Positions 9,201 through 15,664 of a stretch of 31,251 bases of DNA are shown piece after piece. This stretch comes from an uncultured Solirubrobacteraceae bacterium (GTDB lineage: Bacteria; Acidobacteriota; Terriglobia; Bryobacterales; Bryobacteraceae), in the NCBI GenBank assembly GCA_964658695.1, contig CBAAAA010000001.1:6269-37519 (forward strand), in the 5' to 3' direction. Both the position numbers and the translations under genes were made by a program. Every line of letters starts with the position of its first letter. The first letter of the stretch is position 1. The notes below the pieces were generated by a model that was given only the letters and a program-made list of their open reading frames with translations, had not been told where the DNA came from and made no database searches.

Positions 9201-9767
9201 GTTCGACACGCCGTCAAGCGTCTCTTCGTTCACGGCATTACGAGAGCCGCCGATGTGGGGAGTGGACGCGTTACCCACGTTATTTACACCCGGTACCAGC
9301 GAGGCCAAGCTAAACGGGTTTCTTCCGTTTAACGGTAAGTCCACGATCTGCTGCGATTGGATGACTGTTCCGACCGTTGAGCTGTCCACCTGGAGCGGCG
9401 GCGTGCTGGCTTCCACCTGTACCTGGGAACTGATGCTCCCCACGTTGAGCTTGAAATCGATGGCACGAATCTCAGCGACTTCGACCAGCACGTCCTGTTG
9501 TTTCTCGGGAGTGAATCCGGTGGCCTGTACCTCTACTGTGTAGTGACCAGGGTTGAGAAACGGTTGAACGTAGCGGCCGGCGGAGTCGGTTTTCAACTCT
9601 TTCGATTCGTTTGTTGCGTTGTTTGTAATCCGGACCATAGCATCGGGAACTGCACCTCCGGAAGAATCAAGCACCTCGCCGGAAATTGTGCCTGTGGGTG
9701 TTTGCGCGTTAAGGGCAAGCGCGCACAGTGCGAAACAGACCGCAAAAGCTGAAAGTAGCTTCCGCAT
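6291..9767 (-). CDS. TonB-dependent transporter, Oar-like (carboxypeptidase regulatory-like N-domain, plug, beta-barrel)
   Basis: Signal peptide MRKLLSAFAVCFALCALALNA. GTISGEVLDSSGGAVP..V..TN, LPLNGRN, DSVQEFSVQTN..SAEYGRFGGGVIN..TKSGTN..HG, FGPRVGFAW, C-terminal RQVQLAVKFLF ending in Phe. SD GGAGG precedes ATG 9767; the track starts at 9788. Confidence 0.9.
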   Translation of the reverse strand: MRKLLSAFAVCFALCALALNAQTPTGTISGEVLDSSGGAVPDAMVRITNNATNESKELKTDSAGRYVQPFLNPGHYTVEVQATGFTPEKQQDVLVEVAEIRAIDFKLNVGSISSQVQVEASTPPLQVDSSTVGTVIQSQQIVDLPLNGRNPFSLASLVPGVNNVGNASTPHIGGSRNAVNEETLDGVSNILPENNVGNTTGAYTPIVDSVQEFSVQTNALSAEYGRFGGGVINLVTKSGTNNLHGSGFFFARNGVLDANDFFANRAGQAKPDMHRYQSGGTLGGPIEIPKLYNGKNRTFFFFAFEDTKEKDLSAVTETVPTVAERGGDFSAAGIATIYDPTTAHQDASGTWVRNPFPGNKILPQFLNPVAVKAINFFPLPNTGGAAALTNNYSIAGTTTNNDDHWDTRLDHNFSDKWHSFARFSHDWNNNTPVQDYGNAATTGYGGPSIGGSWSVSLDHTYTFTPTLIGDFRYGMSRSYVTRTPFGAGFDPTTLGLPSSISQIAQGEDLQFPRFDVSSTSGLGANGYVYLIENPFAHDVAANLTKIVGGQTIKFGGEFRKLYINFTQFGEPDGQFSFDNTWTQQYLNSGNNTGNSIASLLLGLPTSGQITHDPTAASSSAYMGYYIQDDWKITRKLTLNLGLRWDVEIPRTERYNRLSYWDPNLPSPLQGLVPSSACPACGDLKGQMVFVGTSAAQYGRSQAPTQWKDFGPRVGFAWNALDKTVIRSGFGIAYLPSALEAAGTSGAAGTQGFSSSTSVNSTLTNYQTINATLNNPFPGGFNLPTGSRLGASTYLGQAIGDSFFDSYRNPYTMQWNFNIQRVLPGNITLEVGYLGNKSLFLVNGDPGVPYSQLPTSYASLGNQLLQQVNNPFYGVITDPTSPLSAKTVSYNQLLSPYPQYTSVAAFRKPDAASFYNAFTLRLDKKFSNGLTFLLSFTGAKLMDNSAAAVTYLGPNSGTYADQYNRGLEWAVSPQDISHSVVGNFLYELPFGKGKAFANNAPRFANLMVSGWEVNGIITFQSGTPIVLGSANVNTGLKTVYPEPPDNNGTSAAISNPNIYRWFNTSVFSNPPAFTIGNTSRTLPDVRNPGVASADLSLFKNNYFGAENRYNVQFRLEAFNALNHPQFSAPDTNINDTTFGVISSTAVSPRQVQLAVKFLF

Positions 9768-9873
9768 CGTGGAGACCTCCTGAGTCATGGAACTGCTGGG
9801 TTCTTCTGTAAACCACCTGAAACTTCTGAACTAACAGTTGGAATATCACGGCTCAGAATGCGTTTAAAAGTAG

Positions 9874-9896
9874 ATTACCTGCGTCACGCAGGTAAT
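9874..9896. promoter_or_regulatory. Perfect 23-bp palindrome between regulator and transporter genes (operator or terminator hairpin)
   Basis: attacctgcgt-c-acgcaggtaat: 11-bp perfect arms. Followed on the minus strand by CUACUUUU. Confidence 0.5.
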
Positions 9897-9901
9897 TCAC
9901 A

Positions 9902-9928
9902 TGTGTGTAACCGGGTGTGTGTAACTGG
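9902..9928. repeat. Tandem 13-bp direct repeat, period 14
   Basis: tgtgtgtaaccgg (9902-9914) and tgtgtgtaactgg (9916-9928), 12/13 identical. Confidence 0.6.
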
Positions 9929-9936
9929 CGTGAAGG

Positions 9937-11285
9937 CTACTTAGTGTCGGGCAACCGGCGAACAGCTACAATCTCCGTGGATGCGGAGGCTCCGGCTAAG
10001 GTTTTTGTTTTCAGTAGCGCCTCAAACCAGGTGTGGTCCCCCTCGGACGGCTTGATTCCCAAGCGGAGTTGGAGGGCTTGGCAGGCGTTCGGGTCAGCCA
10101 TGAACAAGCCGGCCGCCTCAGTCCCTTCTTCCTTTGCGCCCTGAATCAACAGAACTGCTCCACGCTTTTCGTTGGGGATGACTGCTATTGCGGCGTAATC
10201 GTCTCCAGAGTTCCCGGTGATGCCCTGCACGATATACGAAGAGCTTTCGCCAGCCAGCGGCTTTCGGTTCACAAATCGCAGCGGGTCGTCCGGGGCGACT
10301 ACGAAATTCAGCCTGCTTTCATATAGCTCGACCCACGGATTCGAATAGGTGCTGCCAAGCAGGACGTAACTGCCATCCTGGATCTCCCGGGCTTTGATGT
10401 CGCGGCATGGTCGGATGAGCCAGGGAGTGGCCAGACGGAAACGCGCCATTGCTCCGACGATGGCGGAGTCGGCGTAGGAAGTCACCTGTTTCCTGCCCAG
10501 TTGATCGGTGAAATCTGCAAGCGGAGGTGACGCGAGCGCGCCGAGATAAGGGCTCAAATTGGCCGGATAATTGGTTTTCAGGTAGTCGGCAAGATGGAAC
10601 CTCCGTTTCGCGGCCACCTGAAAAAAGGCGAAGGAGTTATCGCTCATCACGATGGTCACGGCCTGTCCATTCGCCGTCAGAGCTGAATACGGCCAAATGG
10701 AACTAGTCGAGCTTGCTCCTGCGGCATCGAAGGCTGTGACGCCGCGCCGCGCAAGGACGGCGATGAGCAGCACGAGCAGAATGCCAGCCGCCAGCCATCC
10801 CAGGGAAAGGGTTCCCCTCTCCGCACGAGTCGTCGCGGGTGAATGTTGCAGTTCTTGCGAAATTGCAGGCGCAGCGCCAGTAACTACCGCACCCGCCTCC
10901 ACTGTCGCAGGGTGCAGCGGCCGAAACACCGGCACGTACGACCCCTTTGGTATCTCGATAATAATTGGCTCGTCGCGCCCGAAGCTGTCGAAGTACTCCA
11001 GCAGCCGAAGCCGGAGTTGCCGCGCATGCGTGCGAACGGTTTGTCTTCCGCCTGATCGTAGGAATCGGTTTTGCCGAAAACGGCGATCCCAATTTGATGT
11101 CCGGTCAGCTTCTCGGGATGTCCGGCCAGATACTGCTGCACCACATACGTCAAAAATGCTTTGAGGCGCTCTGATTTTTGGAAGGAGGGGCTTTGAACGA
11201 TTCGCTCTACCACCTGCCAGCGCGGATCTTGAATCAGCGCCGCACTAACGGGTGTTATCTCCTGAATCTGATTCGGAATCGACAT
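9937..11285 (-). pseudogene. Membrane-anchored regulator-like protein (cytoplasmic wHTH-like N-domain, single TM, periplasmic domain) split by a 1-nt deletion; pseudogene or sequence error
   Basis: ORF 10884-11285 begins ERIVQSPSFQKSERLKAFLTYVV..IGIAVFGK..YD..ED. After GAC AAA (ttt at 11040-11042) the family motif continues in the -1 frame: TVRTHARQLRLRLLEYFDSFGRDEPIIIEIPKGSYVPVFRP. That frame runs into ORF 9937-10935 (TM LGWLAAGILLVLLIAVLA; VLLGSTYSNPW). Adding one base gives 449 aa. Confidence 0.8.
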
Positions 11286-11352
11286 AGACTTCCTCGTGAG
11301 CTACATGTATACTACACGCATCAACGGGAAGTCACTGGTTGGGTTTTAGCCT

Positions 11353-14300
11353 TTACCCTTCATTTCCGGTCTGGTTTTCCTCCTTGTTCAACAAGTGAAG
11401 GATCACACGAAACGGAACCGGCGCGAGGTCAGGCTTCTCACTGATGTCAGCCCGTACATCGAGCAATGAACGTTCCAGCAAGTAGTTGTCTAAAAGCACC
11501 TGCTGGTCCCCTTGGGTAGGAGGCATGTAGAGCGCTTGACCCGCCGTTTTCCAATAACCGCGGATAAACGCAGCGCTCATATGGGAGTACCAGAAACGCC
11601 CCCAGACCCGATAAGTCGCCGCATCCACCCTGCTGCGCATCTCGCTTTCGGCGAGGTGCCGGCCAGTGGTCAAGGTGGCATATCCGAACGAAAGGAGCAT
11701 GCTCGCGACATCGCGAAGCGGACATCGCTTGATCCGGCGTTCGCTGATATGAAGGCTCGGATCTCCTTCGAAATCGAAGATCGTAATGTCGTCGCCAGGG
11801 GTGACCAATAGATGGCCTAAATGAAGCCGGCCGTGAAAGCGGATTCGTACCGACGGAACACGCCGCTCGAAGATGGCCTTAAACTTCGTGACGATCGCGT
11901 CTTCCAGCTCAATGACCCGCGCCGCGGCTGCACGAACTTCAGGAGCCATATCGGTGTAACGCTGCCTGAGAAATTCGAGACGCCGTCCGGTGAGTGAAAT
12001 GTTGGCGTGATAAAGACCCTGGCGATAGAAGTCGTTGAAAACCTCTGGCGAGAATGCCGGATCGCCACTTCCATTGAGCAGGGTCAAATGCATCTCGGCT
12101 ACACGTTTGCCCGCGTTTTCCGCAAACTTCAGCGCTGGTCCAAGCAGGTCGATCGCCATCTGTGGCGGGTCTGGCAGGGCAAAATCCAGATTGTAAGCAC
12201 CGGCTGGCGAGGCCTTCAGAAAATCCGTCTTCGATAGCTTGCTTTCGTCAGCACGCTTCAGGAATGCATTCAGCTCATTCCGCGTGTAGCTCCAGCCGTC
12301 ACCATCGTGGGCAACATATCCGTGCAGTAGCCCCAGAACAGTTGTCTCTCCGTTCCGGGATTGGTATTCCATGGACCCGGCAAACGGAGCGGCATTTGGA
12401 AACGGATGGCGCTCGGTCAGGAACTCGCCAAACTCTACTCCGGGATGAACTCCTGCTTCCACTCTCCGCAGCAGCTTCATTACAAAACGATCGCCAAACT
12501 GGGTCGTGGTGTCGATCTCGGCAGAAGGAAGAACCTTGGGGGCGAGATTGGGATGCGTGTTGCCCCACAGCTGCCGGAAGTCACGATTTCGCAGCGCACT
12601 CAACACGCCCTGTTGCCCGTTAAACCGTTTGCGGCGTGCGAATGCTTCGAACAACGCACTGGAGAAGTCTTTATCGAGCGAGCCTTCGTACAGCAGCGCC
12701 TCAGCCCCGTTTGCCCACTTGACCTGCGCCACCAGATCCTCGGGATATTCCAGGCGGACTATCCTGGCCTCGTCGTTTTGTGCCAGTGAAATTGGCAGCG
12801 AGTAAGTTTCCGGGTCGCCGCTCGTGTACTCCGCACGAACCAGCAGAATTGATTTTCCGGCTTTCCCAATTGGAATTACTTCTCCGATGACGACTGACCG
12901 GAATCGCCGGTCCTTACTGTGGAACCAGGTCCGCGTGGTGAGAAAAGCGGGAAGCGCGCCCGCGATCACCGGCAAGTTAGCCGCATCCCACACGTCCCCG
13001 CCGTGCAGTGTTACCGTCGCCAACTCTCGCTCCTGCGATTCTATCGACGGCGCCGAGACAGTTACTGGAACTGCCCGCTGCTCCAATGAGAACCAGTAAA
13101 ACGAGTTTGGACCGAGCGTCAGTGAGTAGTAGGATTCTCCAACCGCCGGGAAGTCTGTTCTGCCGAACATCTCAACCGGTGTGTAGCCCTGATACTTATG
13201 CAGATCCAGCTGCACCGGTTGTGCAAACCGGGACAAATTTGCGATCACCAGGATGGTCTCTTCCTGGTAGCGCCGGAAGTAGACAATCACTCGCTGATTC
13301 GAAGGATACAGGAACTCCAGCGTGCCACGTCCGAAGGCTTTGTACTGTTTTCGGAGAGCGATCAAACGCTTGGTCCAGTTCAACAACGAGTGCGGATTGT
13401 CCTGCTGCGCTTCCACATTGATCGCTTCATAGTGGTAAGCGGGATCGATGTTCACCGGCAGGTATAACCGCTGAGGATTGGTGCTGGAAAAACCGGCGTT
13501 CCGGTCCGGGCTCCATTGCATGGGCGTGCGGACGCCATTCCGGTCGCCCAGATAGACGTTGTCGCCCATGCCGATTTCGTCGCCATAGTAGATGACGGGC
13601 GTTCCCGGCATGGAGAACAACAAAGCGTTCATCACCTCAATGCGCGGCCGGTCATTTTGCAGCAGCGGAGCCAGCCGGCGCCGGATACCGAGATTGATTC
13701 GTGCACGAACGTCAGAGGCGTACATCCGGTACATGTAATCGCGCTCCTCGTCCGTGACCATTTCCAGCGTCAGTTCGTCGTGGTTGCGCAGGAACATCGC
13801 CCATTGACAGGTCTCGGGAAGCGTAGGAGTGCGGTTGAGAATCTCGACAATCGGCAGCCTGTCTTCCAGCCGCAGCGCCATAAACAGCCGTGGCATCAGC
13901 GGGAAATGGAAGTTCATATGGCATTCATCGCCATTGCCCATATAGGCCACCGCATCTTCGGGCCACATGTTGGCTTCGGAAAGCAGCAGCCGGTTGGGAA
14001 ACCGCTCGTCTAAATGCCGCCGCAGTTCTTTCAGGAAGGCATGCGTCTCAGGCAAGTTTTCGCAGCTGGTCCCTTCCCGCTCGAACAGGTACGGAATAGC
14101 GTCCAGCCGAAAGCCATCCACGCCCATCTCCGCCCAGAAGTCGAGTAAGTGCATCACCGAACGCTGCACGAGCGGATTATCGAAGTTCAGATCCGGCTGG
14201 TGAGAGAAGAATCGATGCCAGTAGTAAGCCTTGGCTACCGGATCCCAGCTCCAGTTAGAGGGTTCAAAGTCCTTGAAGATAATGCGGGTGCCGGCATACT

Positions 14301-14736
14301 TGTCGGGGGTATCGCTCCAGACGTAGAAATCACGCCATCTTGATCCCGGTTCCGCCCTGCGCGACTTCTGAAACCACTCATGCTGGTCTGAGGTATGGTT
14401 AATGACCAACTCCGTGATGACCCGCAGTCCACGCCGGTGCGCTTCTTTCAAGAAGAGCTGGAAGTCTTTTAAGGTGCCATACGAAGGATGAACGCTTCGA
14501 AAGTCTGCGATGTCATACCCGTCATCTTTCCAGGGCGAAGGAAAAAATGGCAGCAACCAGATTGCCGTGACGCCAAGGTCCTCCAGGTAGTCCAGCTTTT
14601 GAGCCAGACCCTTGAAGTCCCCCATTCCGTCACCATTGCTGTCATAAAAGGCGCGCACGTGCGCCTCATAAATTATTGCGTCTTTGTACCAGAGAGGGTC
14701 ATTTTCCAACCCGCTGAGCGTTTGCGGCTGATGCAT
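11353..14736 (-). CDS. treS: Trehalose synthase (maltose alpha-D-glucosyltransferase, GH13) fused to a C-terminal maltokinase-like domain
   Basis: WYKDAIIYE.HVRAFYDSNGDGMGDF, ELVINHTSDQH, FRLDAIPYL, LLSEAN, FLRNHDELTLEMVT intact. The C-terminal half has Mak-like DFEGDP..ERRIKRCPLRDVASML.SF. Start overlaps the otsB end by 38 nt, so the exact start is uncertain. Confidence 0.93.
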   Translation of the reverse strand: MHQPQTLSGLENDPLWYKDAIIYEAHVRAFYDSNGDGMGDFKGLAQKLDYLEDLGVTAIWLLPFFPSPWKDDGYDIADFRSVHPSYGTLKDFQLFLKEAHRRGLRVITELVINHTSDQHEWFQKSRRAEPGSRWRDFYVWSDTPDKYAGTRIIFKDFEPSNWSWDPVAKAYYWHRFFSHQPDLNFDNPLVQRSVMHLLDFWAEMGVDGFRLDAIPYLFEREGTSCENLPETHAFLKELRRHLDERFPNRLLLSEANMWPEDAVAYMGNGDECHMNFHFPLMPRLFMALRLEDRLPIVEILNRTPTLPETCQWAMFLRNHDELTLEMVTDEERDYMYRMYASDVRARINLGIRRRLAPLLQNDRPRIEVMNALLFSMPGTPVIYYGDEIGMGDNVYLGDRNGVRTPMQWSPDRNAGFSSTNPQRLYLPVNIDPAYHYEAINVEAQQDNPHSLLNWTKRLIALRKQYKAFGRGTLEFLYPSNQRVIVYFRRYQEETILVIANLSRFAQPVQLDLHKYQGYTPVEMFGRTDFPAVGESYYSLTLGPNSFYWFSLEQRAVPVTVSAPSIESQERELATVTLHGGDVWDAANLPVIAGALPAFLTTRTWFHSKDRRFRSVVIGEVIPIGKAGKSILLVRAEYTSGDPETYSLPISLAQNDEARIVRLEYPEDLVAQVKWANGAEALLYEGSLDKDFSSALFEAFARRKRFNGQQGVLSALRNRDFRQLWGNTHPNLAPKVLPSAEIDTTTQFGDRFVMKLLRRVEAGVHPGVEFGEFLTERHPFPNAAPFAGSMEYQSRNGETTVLGLLHGYVAHDGDGWSYTRNELNAFLKRADESKLSKTDFLKASPAGAYNLDFALPDPPQMAIDLLGPALKFAENAGKRVAEMHLTLLNGSGDPAFSPEVFNDFYRQGLYHANISLTGRRLEFLRQRYTDMAPEVRAAAARVIELEDAIVTKFKAIFERRVPSVRIRFHGRLHLGHLLVTPGDDITIFDFEGDPSLHISERRIKRCPLRDVASMLLSFGYATLTTGRHLAESEMRSRVDAATYRVWGRFWYSHMSAAFIRGYWKTAGQALYMPPTQGDQQVLLDNYLLERSLLDVRADISEKPDLAPVPFRVILHLLNKEENQTGNEG

Positions 14737-15532
14737 TCGGTTTCGCGTGAGTTAACCAGCTGAGGAAGTGCGCGACGGATTGAACATCGGGCAGTACAAA
14801 CTGCGCACGTGTTCCGGCGGCGGGAACTCCCCCGACTTTGATAGTAATCCCTTGCGGAATTGCGGCAATCGCATCTTCGGTTGTGACATCGTCACCTATA
14901 TAGATAGGAAGCGTCGAAGCCGGTAACACTTCCCTTAAAAGCCATTTCAGCGCATGGGCTCTGTCCCACTCCAGCCGGGGCTGAATTTCGACTACTTTTC
15001 TGCCTTCCTGCGCCGTGAACGACTGGTATTTACCGGCGATGTCGAGCGCCGTGTCCCGAACCCAGTTCTGGAGATCGTCGTGGACGCGGCGATAATGTAC
15101 CGACAGAGTCAAGCTTTTATCTTCAATCTCCACACCCTCAAGGTCGTCGATCGCCAGCTTCAGCTGCAACGAAACGCATTTGAGCTCCCGTCGCAATGCC
15201 TCGGCTTCCGGCTCGCGGAAGCGCGTCTCCCCAGCTTCGATCTCCAATCCGTGATTGCCGACATAGATTAGTCCATGGATCGCGGTTTTCGTTCTCAGAT
15301 CAGCCAACGAACGTCCGCTGATTACGGCAACCGTGAAATCCGGTCTACTCGCCAGCGCCTGGAAAAGCTGCCGAATTCGCGGATCCAGCTGTGCCTCAGA
15401 AGGAACCTCGACGATCGGCGAAACGGTTCCGTCGAAATCGGTGAACAACGCAATGTGCGGTGCTGTAGAAACCCGGTCTCTAAGCGCATCGAAAAGCTCG
15501 GAAGAAGTGTGTGTCGAATATTCGCTGGTCAT
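14699..15532 (-). CDS. otsB: Trehalose-6-phosphate phosphatase-like HAD protein
   Basis: LFTDFDGTVSP (motif I), VISGRS (motif II), YVGNHGLE, KSLTLSVHYR, GRKVVEIQP, YIGDD. Motifs III and IV are atypical (see findings). Confidence 0.8.
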   Translation of the reverse strand: MTSEYSTHTSSELFDALRDRVSTAPHIALFTDFDGTVSPIVEVPSEAQLDPRIRQLFQALASRPDFTVAVISGRSLADLRTKTAIHGLIYVGNHGLEIEAGETRFREPEAEALRRELKCVSLQLKLAIDDLEGVEIEDKSLTLSVHYRRVHDDLQNWVRDTALDIAGKYQSFTAQEGRKVVEIQPRLEWDRAHALKWLLREVLPASTLPIYIGDDVTTEDAIAAIPQGITIKVGGVPAAGTRAQFVLPDVQSVAHFLSWLTHAKPNASAANAQRVGK

Positions 15533-15590
15533 ACAATTGCCTGGACTATGCCCTAAGTGAGCTTAAAGCAAAACAATTAAGGCTCAGACA

Positions 15591-15618
15591 ATTATAAATG
15601 TTTTTTCATGTGTCTGAA
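15591..15618 (-). promoter_or_regulatory. Sigma70-type promoter for otsB-treS
   Basis: Minus strand TTCAGA (15613-15618), 16-nt spacer, perfect TATAAT (15591-15596), in an AT-rich intergenic region about 58 nt upstream of the otsB ATG. Confidence 0.55.
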
Positions 15619-15664
15619 TGATGAAGTTGGGGTTCACCCGAGGCGACACCAGGAAACTCGTTGT

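Noticed and set aside
8514-9332. 272-aa plus-strand ORF, and the many other 60-180 aa ORFs antisense to long genes
   Set aside because: They lie wholly opposite well-supported genes, show no recognisable motifs, and are expected shadow ORFs in GC-rich coding DNA.
11036-11048. Programmed -1 ribosomal frameshift in the regulator gene
   Set aside because: No slippery heptamer and only an A3 run; mutation or sequence error is more parsimonious.
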